A stretch of 64,000 nucleotides of DNA, from assembly GCA_964582615.1 (NCBI GenBank), contig CAZORP010000004.1, forward strand, positions 1,900 to 65,899. The letters are read 5' to 3'. Shown here piece after piece: positions 1 to 9,853 of this stretch; position 1 is the stretch's first letter, and each line of letters opens with the position of its first letter. The DNA comes from an uncultured Gammaproteobacteria bacterium (GTDB lineage Bacteria; Patescibacteriota; Patescibacteriia; UBA9934). The notes beneath the pieces were generated by a model. The model was not told the DNA's origin. It saw only the letters and a list, made by a program, of their open reading frames with translations, and did not search any database. The position numbers were made by a program, and so were the translations under genes.

Positions 1-2
1 CA

Positions 3-689
3 GCAAAGACGCTCTTTGATGCTGTGGCAATTGCGAATGAATTTAAAGAAAGAAAAGATCTTGTTGATAATCTTATTGGTGCAGATGAAAATCGTGGATG
101 CTCAGGTGGTGGGGGAGTTTCTGATTGGTATGTGGGTGCAAAGAACGCCGGATTTTCCTATATTAACGGTATCGTAGGATTTCACTATCTTGCAGTTCCT
201 GTCGCGGAACGTCCTCAGGGGTGGGATGATCAAAAGATTCTCCACGACTTCTTTCACTATGTTGCTCCTCAAGATACGTCCACCTACTTCTATCCGTTCC
301 TCATAAGCAAGGTTGGATTCACTGAAGATCCTCAGGGGGATTTGCTAGTTTCCGCGGGATCCCTTGGAAACATTCGTTCATTCGCGGAAGAGTCTCCTTG
401 GACGCTTCTTGCGGATACGCACTGTCCAAAGGGGACTTGCCCGCTAACTTCGGAAGATGCTCAGGGAATTGTTTCGTACATCGCAGATTTTGCAGAACAA
501 TTTGATGGCCATCGCCCGGCGAAGATCACTATTTACCTTCCAACGGATCTTTTTTCTGGATCAGACGATGCAGTTCTTCGGGAGCTTTTCTCGGGAATTC
601 AAGGATTGGTTGAAGAAAAGGGGGTAGTTTGGGCTACGCAGGGAGATGTGTATGATGGTGTCATGGAATATTATCGTGAAACATACTAA
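3..689 (+). CDS. Hypothetical protein, C-terminal part (runs in from the window edge); weakly resembles a polysaccharide deacetylase-like fold
   Basis: Frame is open from the window start to TAA at 689 and is followed by a terminator; no firm family motif. Confidence 0.6.
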   Translation, partial: AKTLFDAVAIANEFKERKDLVDNLIGADENRGCSGGGGVSDWYVGAKNAGFSYINGIVGFHYLAVPVAERPQGWDDQKILHDFFHYVAPQDTSTYFYPFLISKVGFTEDPQGDLLVSAGSLGNIRSFAEESPWTLLADTHCPKGTCPLTSEDAQGIVSYIADFAEQFDGHRPAKITIYLPTDLFSGSDDAVLRELFSGIQGLVEEKGVVWATQGDVYDGVMEYYRETY

Positions 690-719
690 AAAACATCACC
701 CAAAAGGGTGATGTTTTTT
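688..719. terminator. Bidirectional intrinsic terminator
   Basis: AAAAAACATCACCC-aaaa-GGGTGATGTTTTTT between convergent genes. Confidence 0.85.
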
Positions 720-731
720 GTTGGGCACTTG

Positions 732-1313
732 CTACTCAGCCTGCGCTACGTCTGATTCTGGAGCGAATTCCTGAGGTTGACCCATGTCGCCTGGCATCAT
801 GCGGTGCTCTCCACTCATCTCTCCACGTCCTCCTCCGCGGCGCATGTCACCAAAGATTTCACGAAGAGTTTCCTTGGAGATTCCCTCTGACTCAAGAAAT
901 GCATCCATGGATTCGCGTCGTTCCTCCATAGCAGCTTGACGCTCTTCTTCGGTCATGGAAGCGAAGCTTTCACGGTCAGATTCACGGTCTTGTTCGTGCT
1001 CTTCGTGTTGAGCTTTGAGCGCATCTGCCTGATCTTGCGTGAGCTTGCCATCGGTTACTGCTTGAGCGAGCTTTGCTTCAAGTTCAGCTTCACGTTCCTG
1101 CGCACGCTCTTCCTCCATTGCTTCGTGGTGCTCGGTGAAGACTTCGCGAACATCATCGGCGTTAAGATCGAACTTGCTTGCAAGTGTTGTAATGAGATCA
1201 TCAATCGATCCTCCGCTTGTTTTTTCTGCGGCAAATACCGTTGCGCCTGTTACTCCAGCGCCAAGCGTACTTACAAGTGCCGCACCTACCAAACCTTGTT
1301 TGAGGGTAATCAT
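732..1313 (-). CDS. Secreted helical hypothetical protein
   Basis: Signal peptide ending in VFA; charged coiled-coil body; Gly/Arg/Met-rich tail. Confidence 0.75.
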   Translation of the reverse strand: MITLKQGLVGAALVSTLGAGVTGATVFAAEKTSGGSIDDLITTLASKFDLNADDVREVFTEHHEAMEEERAQEREAELEAKLAQAVTDGKLTQDQADALKAQHEEHEQDRESDRESFASMTEEERQAAMEERRESMDAFLESEGISKETLREIFGDMRRGGGRGEMSGEHRMMPGDMGQPQEFAPESDVAQAE

Positions 1314-1376
1314 AGAAAGAAAGTGAAGAATGAAGGTGTCACTTTTTGGTGACGTTGGTACTATAAAAAAACCTCA

Positions 1377-1394
1377 ATGAAGAAAAGATGAAGA
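1377..1394 (-). promoter_or_regulatory. Putative OmpR/PhoB-type direct-repeat box upstream of the 732-1313 gene
   Basis: ATGAAGA-aaag-ATGAAGA (11-bp period), 11 nt upstream of a minus-strand TATAGT -10; a similar box sits at 4468-4485. Confidence 0.55.
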
Positions 1395-1403
1395 GGATGT
1401 GGA

Positions 1404-2042
1404 TTAAGGTTTATGAAGAAAAAGCCATGATATTGGGCCAAAAATCATCCATGCAGATATCCAAGCGAGAATGCCGATGATAAGAAAAGCTTCGTAAGGA
1501 CGTTCTCGTGAGGATTGTTTGCTGAAAGCTTGTTGAGTTGCATAGACGGCGACCGATCCTTGGAGACAGCTTCCGACAAACAATAAAGATGCAATGTGCG
1601 ACGGAAGTTGTGCGGCGTAGGATATACAAAGTACGGTCATTCCAATTCCAACCGGACCAAGAAGTGCAAGTGTGGTTTTTTTGTCGGAAGATGTTGGTGC
1701 ATGAAGAATGGTTGTAGCGATAACTCCAAAGATGACCGCGGTTATTTCACTTAGCGAGAAAGAGATAATGCCTAGTAGTGGAGCTGTGCCGAATAAGATG
1801 GTGAGAATAAGCCAAAAAGGTCCATCCAAAAGAAGGGTAAGTGCGGAGAAGGGATTTTTTGGTTCTTTGAGCGTTGCACTAAAAAAACCAAGATAAAGCG
1901 CAGTTCCGATGGTTCCACCAAGAAGTGCTATGAGGATGTTGGGTGAAAATTGTAAAATAAAAATTCCCACAATAACAGCTAGAGCTGGCATGCAGACGGT
2001 AATACCTGCGTGAAGTGATGTAATAGCTTTTATAGTATTCAC
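1404..2042 (-). CDS. Multi-pass membrane protein
   Basis: About 7 hydrophobic segments; overlaps the murI stop. Confidence 0.7.
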   Translation of the reverse strand: MNTIKAITSLHAGITVCMPALAVIVGIFILQFSPNILIALLGGTIGTALYLGFFSATLKEPKNPFSALTLLLDGPFWLILTILFGTAPLLGIISFSLSEITAVIFGVIATTILHAPTSSDKKTTLALLGPVGIGMTVLCISYAAQLPSHIASLLFVGSCLQGSVAVYATQQAFSKQSSRERPYEAFLIIGILAWISAWMIFGPISWLFLHKP

Positions 2043-2809
2043 AGGTCTAGAGATGTGCGAATAAGTTGATGTCCTTGATTGGGAAAAAGTTCTTGAATAT
2101 ATGCGCTAAAATTGGGGTTTGGTTGCGTGCTAAAAAACGTCACATCTCCCGATCCGTCAAGAAAGGCTTCTGGGTGGTGTGTAATGACGCTTTCTGCAAC
2201 TCGTGAGGATGGGTCAAGAAGTGGAAGGTGGTAGTTGTGCTTGGCGAGTATTTTTGCGATGTATTGTTTGGCGAGGGGGTAGTGTGTGCACCCAAGAACA
2301 ATAGCATCGGTTGGTGTTATAGAGAGGCTTTTTAGTAAAGGAAGAAGAGCTTCTTCTATGCGCTGGAGTGATTGTCGAGCGTCAATGGCATGAGCAAGAA
2401 GTGGGAGTGCAACTTCGTGCACGGTGAGGTGTTTTGGCGCGAGCCTTTGATACAGGTGCGAAGCCTCTGTTTTTGGCGTACAGATAACGGTTAGATGTTT
2501 GTAGGAATTTTCCTGAAGTAGGCGAGATATTCCCTCGTGCATAGTGATAAGTTTTGGGACTTGCCGCGCCTCTTTTGAGAAGACGGTTCCCGAAAGGGTA
2601 TTGCATGCGCACAGGGAAATATCGACATGCTCGTCATCCATTTTTTCAAGAAGAGCGGTTCCTAATATAGAAAGCTCTTTGAGAGTTTTCTCGCCGTACG
2701 GCATATTGGCATGGTCTCCAAGAAAGCGTATATCGGCGAGCGGCATGATATCAATAATGGCTCGCATGACGGAGAGTCCACCTGATCCTGAGTCAAAAAT
2801 TCCTAACAT
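2039..2809 (-). CDS. murI: Glutamate racemase
   Basis: GIFDSGSGGLSV, PYGEK, ACNT and LGCTHYP motifs. Confidence 0.92.
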   Translation of the reverse strand: MLGIFDSGSGGLSVMRAIIDIMPLADIRFLGDHANMPYGEKTLKELSILGTALLEKMDDEHVDISLCACNTLSGTVFSKEARQVPKLITMHEGISRLLQENSYKHLTVICTPKTEASHLYQRLAPKHLTVHEVALPLLAHAIDARQSLQRIEEALLPLLKSLSITPTDAIVLGCTHYPLAKQYIAKILAKHNYHLPLLDPSSRVAESVITHHPEAFLDGSGDVTFFSTQPNPNFSAYIQELFPNQGHQLIRTSLDL

Positions 2810-3828
2810 ATACGGGGAATTTTTAGCGTAACAGTCGTGCCCTTGCCTTGTGTGCTTTCTATAGAGAGTCTTCCGCCAAGACGTTCAAGTGCTTCTTTTG
2901 CAAAAGCTACGCCAAGACCGCTTCCACCACGTGATCGATTGCGACTTTTTTCGACTCGGAAGAAGCGTTCTCCGATACGAGGAATATCTTCTTGTGAGAT
3001 GCCAACGCCAGTATCTTCAATGCGGACCATGACCCATGTGTCATCATGCGTTACCAAACAAGTCACGCGACCACCCTCTGGAGTGTAGCTTATGCCGTTA
3101 TGTATGATGTTGGTAAGAATGTGTGAAAGCGTTGTTTGGGGAACCTCAAAAGAGATGAGTTCTTGGGGAAAGGTAATCTCTGCAAGTGTCACGCCGTGCT
3201 CTTTTGCAAGAGGAAGAAGTCGTTCTCGTGTTGTTGTTATGACTGAGAAAAGGGATGTTTTTATATCATCTTGAGCGAAATGGTCATCAAGTGAGGCCAA
3301 GTGAAGAAGGTGCGCGATGAGGTTACGCATACGATCGATTTCTTCGAGGCTTTTTTTGAGTGGCGAAGTGCGCTGGGGGTCTTCTGATGATTGTGCATTC
3401 TCAATCTGAAGCCGAAGAATGGTGAGAGGTGTTTTAAGCTCATGAGCAGCATTGCGAACAAAATCACGCTGTTTCTCATACGCCTGTTCGATAGGGGAGA
3501 AGGTAATTCCTGCAATAACGTAACTCAGGCCTCCTGCAAAAATAAGCAGGGTAATATTTACCAGGAGAATAACAAAATGAATATCTTCTCGAAAGGCTCG
3601 AAGGTTTTCTTCAGAGGGGGGAAGAGGGAGTGCTTCATTGGTGGTAGGTCGTATGAATCGAGTATCAAGACGGAGACGTAAAAGACTATTGGTGATGCCT
3701 CCGGAAAGAAAAAGAAGTATGCACGCGAGGGATGTATACGCTAGCGTGAGGGTGACTCGAGATGTTGTGAAGAGTGCGTTAAACGAGGCGATACCCTTTT
3801 CCCCAGACGGTTTTGATGCGTTTTCCAT
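2803..3828 (-). CDS. Sensor histidine kinase
   Basis: Two TM helices, H-box AAHELKTPL, N box, DTGVGI and GGSGLG boxes. Confidence 0.93.
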   Translation of the reverse strand: MENASKPSGEKGIASFNALFTTSRVTLTLAYTSLACILLFLSGGITNSLLRLRLDTRFIRPTTNEALPLPPSEENLRAFREDIHFVILLVNITLLIFAGGLSYVIAGITFSPIEQAYEKQRDFVRNAAHELKTPLTILRLQIENAQSSEDPQRTSPLKKSLEEIDRMRNLIAHLLHLASLDDHFAQDDIKTSLFSVITTTRERLLPLAKEHGVTLAEITFPQELISFEVPQTTLSHILTNIIHNGISYTPEGGRVTCLVTHDDTWVMVRIEDTGVGISQEDIPRIGERFFRVEKSRNRSRGGSGLGVAFAKEALERLGGRLSIESTQGKGTTVTLKIPRIC

Positions 3829-4441
3829 AAGATGGAGGAAGTTTTTTTCGAAGATTTTTTACGTGGACATCAACGACGTTGCTTAATGAGTCAAAAAATC
3901 GGTCCCAAACATGTTCAAGAATATCTTCTCTGGTAACGACGCTTCCTTGATGTCGAAGAAAATATTCTAAAAGTCCGTACTCGCGAAGAGTGAGCGAGAT
4001 AACTTTTCCAGCAACGGCTACCTCTTGGGTTCTTGTATTTAAGTGAAGATCCTCGAGACGAAGAATGTCTTCGTGGAGAAGATTTCCCCTGCGCACAAGT
4101 GCACGAATTCTTGCGAATACCTCATCAAGTGAGAAAGGTTTTCCAAGATAATCGTCAGCTCCAGCATCGAGCCCTGTAATGCGATCGCTGGTAGCGTCCT
4201 GGGCGGTAAGAAAGAGAATAGGTGTTGCAATAGAGGCTTCTCGAAGTTTTTTGCACACATCAAGTCCTGAGATGTCAGGAAGCATGAGATCAAGAAGAAT
4301 GGCATCGTAGGTATTGATTCTTGCAAGGCTGATCCCATCTTTTCCTTTAAGGGCAATATCAACAACGCATCCGCGATTCCGCAGACCTTGCGCAAGTGCG
4401 TCTGCGAGATCTTGCTCATCCTCGATAACAAGAAGCTTCAT
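3779..4441 (-). CDS. OmpR/PhoB-family response regulator
   Basis: MKLLVIEDE start, LLDLMLP, GADDYLGKPF, winged-helix C-terminus; start moved to the ATG at 4441. Confidence 0.95.
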   Translation of the reverse strand: MKLLVIEDEQDLADALAQGLRNRGCVVDIALKGKDGISLARINTYDAILLDLMLPDISGLDVCKKLREASIATPILFLTAQDATSDRITGLDAGADDYLGKPFSLDEVFARIRALVRRGNLLHEDILRLEDLHLNTRTQEVAVAGKVISLTLREYGLLEYFLRHQGSVVTREDILEHVWDRFFDSLSNVVDVHVKNLRKKLPPSYGKRIKTVWGKGYRLV

Positions 4442-4467
4442 AGATATCGTTATGGTAGCAAAAAAAG

Positions 4468-4485
4468 ATGAAGAAAGCATGAAAG
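4468..4485 (-). promoter_or_regulatory. Putative autoregulatory direct-repeat box for the response regulator
   Basis: ATGAAGA-aagc-ATGAAAG, 10 nt upstream of a minus-strand TACCAT -10 that precedes the RR ATG. Confidence 0.55.
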
Positions 4486-4531
4486 CGGGTGATCTTGCGG
4501 AACTTTTATCATTTGCTACGATGAGGTTCCT

Positions 4532-5167
4532 ATGAACGAAGCTATTCAAAAGGCGCTTACGTGGCGCTATGCGGTTAAGGTTTTTGACGCTCAAAAGATG
4601 GTAGATGAGAAGGTTTTTTCAACGATTCTTGAATCAGGACGCCTTGCTCCTAGTGCATTCGGACTTGAGCCTTGGAAATTTTTTGTGATTTCTAAAAAAG
4701 AACTTCGACAAGAGCTTCGAGCGGTAAGTTTTGATCAGGCGAAAGTTACCGATGCAAGTCATCTCATTGTTCTTGCTCGTCGTACGGATATGAAGACTCG
4801 TGGATGGGAAGAACTTGAGAGTCGTGTTATGGCGCAAACAGGAGCTTCATCTGAACAGCTCGCGGGATACAAGGCTATGGTTTCTGGATTTCTTGAGGGA
4901 ATGCCTGAAAATGCACTTGACGCATGGGCTCGAAGTCAGACGTACATTCCTCTTGGTATGATGATGGAAACCGCGGCACTTCTTGGTGTGGATACGTGTC
5001 CTATGGAGGGGTTTGATGCACAGAAGGTTGATGAGATTCTTGGGCTTTCACAACAAAACCTGTCTGTTACCGCAATGCTTGCTGTTGGTTACCGTGGCGA
5101 AGATGCGTATGCAGGACATCCAAAAGTTCGTCGCTCAGCTGAGGAGGTTATTGTAAAAGTTGTTTAG
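4532..5167 (+). CDS. NAD(P)H-dependent nitroreductase (NfsB-like)
   Basis: WRYAVKVFD, LAPSAFGLEPWKF, DTCPMEGFD motifs. Confidence 0.92.
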   Translation: MNEAIQKALTWRYAVKVFDAQKMVDEKVFSTILESGRLAPSAFGLEPWKFFVISKKELRQELRAVSFDQAKVTDASHLIVLARRTDMKTRGWEELESRVMAQTGASSEQLAGYKAMVSGFLEGMPENALDAWARSQTYIPLGMMMETAALLGVDTCPMEGFDAQKVDEILGLSQQNLSVTAMLAVGYRGEDAYAGHPKVRRSAEEVIVKVV

Positions 5168-5168
5168 C

Positions 5169-5197
5169 AAAAAACACCCCAAACAGGGGTGTTTTTT
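5169..5197. terminator. Bidirectional intrinsic terminator
   Basis: AAAAAACACCCC-aaaca-GGGGTGTTTTTT. Confidence 0.85.
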
Positions 5198-5198
5198 A

Positions 5199-5555
5199 TT
5201 AAAGATTTTTTCCGGGATAGACCGGCGGGGTGAGCGTGTCGAGAGGAAAGTCATCGGCACAGCGAAGATTGATGGCGAATGTTTTATTTCCAGCCTCGTC
5301 GATGCCTTGACTAAAAGACTTTACTCCACAAGTTTTACAGAAGAAGTGGTGAATAACGCGTTTATTGAACTGATAGTCTGCGAGCTGATCTTCGCCCTGT
5401 ATAAGTGTGAAGCGTTCTTGGGGGACAAAGGTGAGCACCCAGCCGAGTTTTGCGCAGTGGGAACAATCACACATCATGACAGCTGAAGGATCAATCTCTG
5501 CGGAAAATCGGACGGCTCCGCAATGGCAACCTCCGGTGATGGTTTGTTGTGACAT
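5199..5555 (-). CDS. GFA (CENP-V/GFA) family protein
   Basis: GGCHCGAVRF, CDCSHC, FCKTCG, AINLRC. Confidence 0.92.
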   Translation of the reverse strand: MSQQTITGGCHCGAVRFSAEIDPSAVMMCDCSHCAKLGWVLTFVPQERFTLIQGEDQLADYQFNKRVIHHFFCKTCGVKSFSQGIDEAGNKTFAINLRCADDFPLDTLTPPVYPGKNL

Positions 5556-5603
5556 AGGGTGTTATTGTAGCAAGAAAATTCCTTGAGGTATACTTGATGC
5601 ATT

Positions 5604-6665
5604 ATGAAAGAAGAGATGAAGCGGCTAGAAAAAGGTTCGAAAATATTTCATGATTTTCCCACGATTGTGCCATCGGTCGATGCTTTGCGTGAAGCTATTC
5701 GTAGTGATAAGCGTCCTAGCGAGTATGATCTTGGGGAAGATAGCCGCATTAAAGATCTTGAAAAGTATTTTCGCGAAGCATATCCTCTCGCAAAATATCC
5801 CAAAAAAGCCTTTGAACCTCTTGTGGTTTTTGATGGAAAAAATGAAGAGCTTGACGAGGAAAATATTCCCAACAATAAGAGCTATCTTAGTTTAGACGGA
5901 ACATTTTGTGCATACGTGGGTACCTCCGGATCTGAGGGGGTATTTCGAGATGTTGATGTTGCTTGTTTTGTTGATGAGCGCGGTAGGCATCAATCCTATA
6001 AAGAATTCGAGGCGTTGGATAGTGGCGCCTCGCGCTCCTCTTTTGTGCAAAGAGCAACGAATCCTTTTGACTTTATGTCAGGAAAGATCGTATTTACGAT
6101 AATCTCGGAAGTTACCGCACAAGAAGCTCCAGTAAAGACCGATGAGGCTATTGTAATGTGTTTGCGTAAAATTTTCAGGCTTCAAAGATCTTCTGGAAAT
6201 GAGATGTTTTCCTTGATGGTGGATCGTGCTCGCCGAGATGTTTTACCTGCCCTCTATGCTCTTGGCGCATCGCATGAGGAAGTTGATGGAATTGAGACAT
6301 TGCTTATCGATAGTACGCCCGAGAAATTCACCATGCTTCAGGAGAAAATAAAGAATTTTCTTATTCCAAAACTTTCACATGACGTTGCCTTGGAGGTTTT
6401 TAAAGATTCATTGTGGAATGTTGATGCTTTTGTTCTGGTGCGTGGAAGAAAGACTGTTCGTATTGAACAAAGAGTTACAGCTGAGCTTGATAAGGATGGT
6501 GAGATTTGGGATAGCGTCTTTGATGCGCCTCGGTGGAGCGTTCTTCAAAATACTACTTTTGTACCATCACAGCCGCTTGAGTACATGTTTTCACCGAATG
6601 ACCATGAAGAGATTTTTGATAGAGCGCTTCTTGCATTTCAAAGAATCGACAAGCTCCGCAGGTAG
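5604..6665 (+). CDS. Hypothetical protein
   Basis: 353-aa ORF with TATACT just upstream of the ATG; no recognisable motif. Confidence 0.7.
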   Translation: MKEEMKRLEKGSKIFHDFPTIVPSVDALREAIRSDKRPSEYDLGEDSRIKDLEKYFREAYPLAKYPKKAFEPLVVFDGKNEELDEENIPNNKSYLSLDGTFCAYVGTSGSEGVFRDVDVACFVDERGRHQSYKEFEALDSGASRSSFVQRATNPFDFMSGKIVFTIISEVTAQEAPVKTDEAIVMCLRKIFRLQRSSGNEMFSLMVDRARRDVLPALYALGASHEEVDGIETLLIDSTPEKFTMLQEKIKNFLIPKLSHDVALEVFKDSLWNVDAFVLVRGRKTVRIEQRVTAELDKDGEIWDSVFDAPRWSVLQNTTFVPSQPLEYMFSPNDHEEIFDRALLAFQRIDKLRR

Positions 6666-6745
6666 GGGAATGGGCTCTTGAAAAAAAGGTAAAAAAGTGC
6701 TAGTATATAATGTTTTTCTTAATTTCGGGAAAAACAAGGAGGGAG

Positions 6746-7240
6746 ATGTCGGAGTATTTCAGTATACAGCCCACGCCTCCTGTTAGGGGTGGTGGGCGTG
6801 GGTTCCTTTCCGCAGAGCTTCTGCGGTTTGGAATCAGTCCCCGCTGGATTGAGGGGTTTCGCGAGCCAAGTGCGGGTGAAGTGCCCGTTCCTCGACTCGA
6901 TTCACCCCGAGCAACCTTGAGATTTGCCGTTCAGGTTGCGGCAAATCTTGGAATGAAAACCTTTGTCTCCAAGGAGCTTTATGCGTTCTTGGAGACTGGA
7001 GAGGTCTCTGTGGTTGATTGGCGGGCATGGAGTTTTTCGTGCCCTGAGGCCAGTCATTGGGCGGGTGATGTTCTCTGCCCCGCCTTTCTCCCAATTTACT
7101 ATGCACATTCGAGGGACGCCTCGGTGCTTGGTGATTGGGATGCTAGCGGTGTTGGCTTTCCTGCGTTAGCGCGGGGGAGGGGGCATAGAATCCTCGTGGT
7201 GAGGATTCGTACAGATGCCTGTACGTTCGATATCGTGTAG
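6746..7240 (+). CDS. Hypothetical protein
   Basis: ORF with GGAGGGAG before the ATG at 6746 and a terminator after it. Confidence 0.5.
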   Translation: MSEYFSIQPTPPVRGGGRGFLSAELLRFGISPRWIEGFREPSAGEVPVPRLDSPRATLRFAVQVAANLGMKTFVSKELYAFLETGEVSVVDWRAWSFSCPEASHWAGDVLCPAFLPIYYAHSRDASVLGDWDASGVGFPALARGRGHRILVVRIRTDACTFDIV

Positions 7241-7244
7241 CGAT

Positions 7245-7278
7245 CCGGAACGCTCTTTGTGAGAGTTCCGGTTTTTTT
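7245..7278 (+). terminator. Intrinsic terminator
   Basis: CCGGAAC-g-CTC...GAG-a-GTTCCGG followed by T7. Confidence 0.75.
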
Positions 7279-7296
7279 ATGCCTTCACACACGATC

Positions 7297-7324
7297 TTGA
7301 CATACCCCTAGGGGGGTATATTAT
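7297..7324 (+). promoter_or_regulatory. Sigma70 promoter with an overlapping CsoR operator
   Basis: TTGACA (7297) and TATTAT (7319) flank ATACCCC-tagg-GGGGTAT, the G/C-tract palindrome typical of CsoR operators, directly upstream of csoR. Confidence 0.88.
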
Positions 7325-7332
7325 GAGACTGT

Positions 7333-7599
7333 ATGGAAAAAACCTCCCAACAAAAAATTCTTCGAAGATTAAAAATTCTTGAAGGACAGCTTCGTGGATT
7401 GCAGGAAATGATCGAAAAAGATACGTACTGTATCGATGTTATTACGCAGACTTCAGCGGTAAAGCAGGGGCTCTCAGTGGTTGAGGATATTCTTCTTGAG
7501 CGCCATCTTGGACATTGCGTTGTTCATCAAATGAAACGAGGTGAAGAAAAGAAGGCGGTTGGTGAAATACTCAAAGTTTATCAGCTTAAGCGAAAGTAG
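7333..7599 (+). CDS. csoR: Copper-sensing repressor, CsoR family
   Basis: RLKILEGQLRGL, YCIDVITQ, HLGHC. Confidence 0.92.
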   Translation: MEKTSQQKILRRLKILEGQLRGLQEMIEKDTYCIDVITQTSAVKQGLSVVEDILLERHLGHCVVHQMKRGEEKKAVGEILKVYQLKRK

Positions 7600-7600
7600 T

Positions 7601-9853
7601 ATGAAGAAAATTACCGCAAAAGTTACCGGTATACACTGCGCTTCCTGCATTTATCGGATTGAAAAAACTTTAAAAAAACATGAAAAAGTTGAGGATGTAA
7701 GTGTCAATGGATCAAGTCACGAAGCGGTTATTACCCTGCGCGATGCACTGATTGATCTCGCGGAACTTTCAAAGAGTATTGAGCCTTTTGGTTATGCACT
7801 TCAGAGCCTTTCTCCAAAGGACGATCGGCACACGGGTGGTGCTCAGCTTGGTGAAGATGATGAGATTATGCTTCTTAAAAAGCAACTTCTTATTTCATTA
7901 CCGCTTGTTCTTTTTTCTTCGGGAATGATGCTGTGGGATATTGGAGCGGAATATTTTCGTATACTTCCAGAGTTTTCTGATGTTGTTAAAACTTTTTTTC
8001 ACCACCTTCTCCCCGTCATGGCGACGTACATGATGACGGTTATAGGTGTGCCGTACCTTCGAGGTCTCCTTCGATTTGTTCGTACGGGTAGTGCTGACAT
8101 GGATGCACTCATTGGACTTGGCACGCTTTCAGCCTTTCTTTACAGTTTCGTACTTTCGGCATTTGAAAATTCTCTTGCAAAATACATGAATGTCGAGGCT
8201 ACATACTACGATGTTACCATTGTGGTTATTGGATTAGTTACACTTGGAAAGTATCTTGAGGTTCGTGCAAAAAGGAAAACAGGAGAAGCTATGAAGAAGC
8301 TTCTTGGTTTGCAGGTAAAGACGGCGATTGTTGTGCGAGAGGGTACTGAGCGTGAAATTTCCCTTGATGCAGTTGAGAAGGGGGATGTTCTTCTTGTAAA
8401 GCCCAGCATGAGCATTCCTGTTGATGGGGTGATTCTTGATGGGGAGTCTTTTCTTGATGAGGCGCTCATGACGGGGGAGTCAGTTCCGCGTTATAAGAAA
8501 GTGGGTGACAGTGTTCATGCGGGAACGATGAATACTACTGGCGCGTTTCACATGAAGGCCACGGCTGTTGGAGGGGAGACGGTGCTTGCAAGAATGATTG
8601 AGCTTGTTCGTGAAGCGCAAGGGTCAAAGTCTCATCTTCAACGATTGGTTGATCGTGTGGCTTCGGTATTTGTACCAAGTGTGCTTGGCATTGCGGTGGT
8701 TTCGTTTGGAGCTTGGATGATGGCCGCGCCGTCATGGCAAGAGGCATTACCGCTGGCCATTTCTTCATTTGTTAGCATTTTAGTTATCGCATGTCCTTGC
8801 GCGCTTGGTCTTGCTACGCCGACGGCGATTATGGTGGGTATTGGTCGGGGGGCGTTCATGGGAATTCTTATAAAAAATGCTGATGCACTTGAGCGTCTTT
8901 ATGATGTAAAAACACTTGTACTTGATAAAACAGGAACGCTCACCATGGGAAGTCCAAGAGTTCTTAAGGTGTATATCAACGATCCTGATCGTGTAAAGAT
9001 TCTCACGAATCTTTACTCACTTGAGTCGTACTCGCATCATCCTCTTGCTCGTGCTATTGAACATTATGCTGAGAAAGAAGGCGCGCAGAAGGTTGCTGTC
9101 ACGCAGATAGTAGATACTCCGGGCGTGGGTATTGAGGGTGTGATTGATGGGGTTTCTTATGCGGTGGGAGGTCCGGAGCTTCTTCGAAGAAAGGGAATTG
9201 CTCAAGATGGGCGCTTGCTTAAGCTTTCGTCTTCTACGCATGTATACTTCGTTGAGCATGATCGAGTTATTGCGGCACTCGCGCTGGGAGATGAAATTAA
9301 GCCTCATGCAAAGAAGACCGTTGCACAGTTGCAGAAGATGGGCATTGATGTTGTCATGGCTACGGGAGATCGTAGAGAGGTTGCGGAATATGTTGCTCGT
9401 GAACTCGGCATCGCTACGGTATTCTCAGAAGTTTCTCCCGAAGAAAAGTTGAGAATTATTGAAAGACTTCAGAAAGATAGGGTTTCTGTGGGTATGGTTG
9501 GTGATGGAGTCAATGATGCTCCCGCACTTGCAAAAGCCACGGTCGGCATAGTTATGAGCACAGGATCTGATATCGCTTTGGAAGCGGGAGATGTCACCCT
9601 TTTGCAAGGTGATATTGAAAAAATTCCTCAAGCGCTAAGTTTGGCAAGAGAGACCATGAGAACTATGCGGCAGAATCTTTTCTGGGCATGTATGTACAAT
9701 GTCATTGGTATACCGCTTGCGGCCGGCGCATTCTTTCCTGTATTCGGCTGGCTTCTTTCCCCGGTTTTTGCAGGTTTCGCCATGGCGATGTCCTCCGTTT
9801 CTGTGGTGCTTAATGCGCTTCGTTTAAAAACCAAAAAACTTTCGTATGAGTAA
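7601..9853 (+). CDS. copA: Cu(I)-translocating P1B-type ATPase
   Basis: HMA GIHCASC, TGES, CPC, DKTGTLT, HP, GDGVNDAP, YN and MAMSS motifs. Confidence 0.96.
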   Translation: MKKITAKVTGIHCASCIYRIEKTLKKHEKVEDVSVNGSSHEAVITLRDALIDLAELSKSIEPFGYALQSLSPKDDRHTGGAQLGEDDEIMLLKKQLLISLPLVLFSSGMMLWDIGAEYFRILPEFSDVVKTFFHHLLPVMATYMMTVIGVPYLRGLLRFVRTGSADMDALIGLGTLSAFLYSFVLSAFENSLAKYMNVEATYYDVTIVVIGLVTLGKYLEVRAKRKTGEAMKKLLGLQVKTAIVVREGTEREISLDAVEKGDVLLVKPSMSIPVDGVILDGESFLDEALMTGESVPRYKKVGDSVHAGTMNTTGAFHMKATAVGGETVLARMIELVREAQGSKSHLQRLVDRVASVFVPSVLGIAVVSFGAWMMAAPSWQEALPLAISSFVSILVIACPCALGLATPTAIMVGIGRGAFMGILIKNADALERLYDVKTLVLDKTGTLTMGSPRVLKVYINDPDRVKILTNLYSLESYSHHPLARAIEHYAEKEGAQKVAVTQIVDTPGVGIEGVIDGVSYAVGGPELLRRKGIAQDGRLLKLSSSTHVYFVEHDRVIAALALGDEIKPHAKKTVAQLQKMGIDVVMATGDRREVAEYVARELGIATVFSEVSPEEKLRIIERLQKDRVSVGMVGDGVNDAPALAKATVGIVMSTGSDIALEAGDVTLLQGDIEKIPQALSLARETMRTMRQNLFWACMYNVIGIPLAAGAFFPVFGWLLSPVFAGFAMAMSSVSVVLNALRLKTKKLSYE

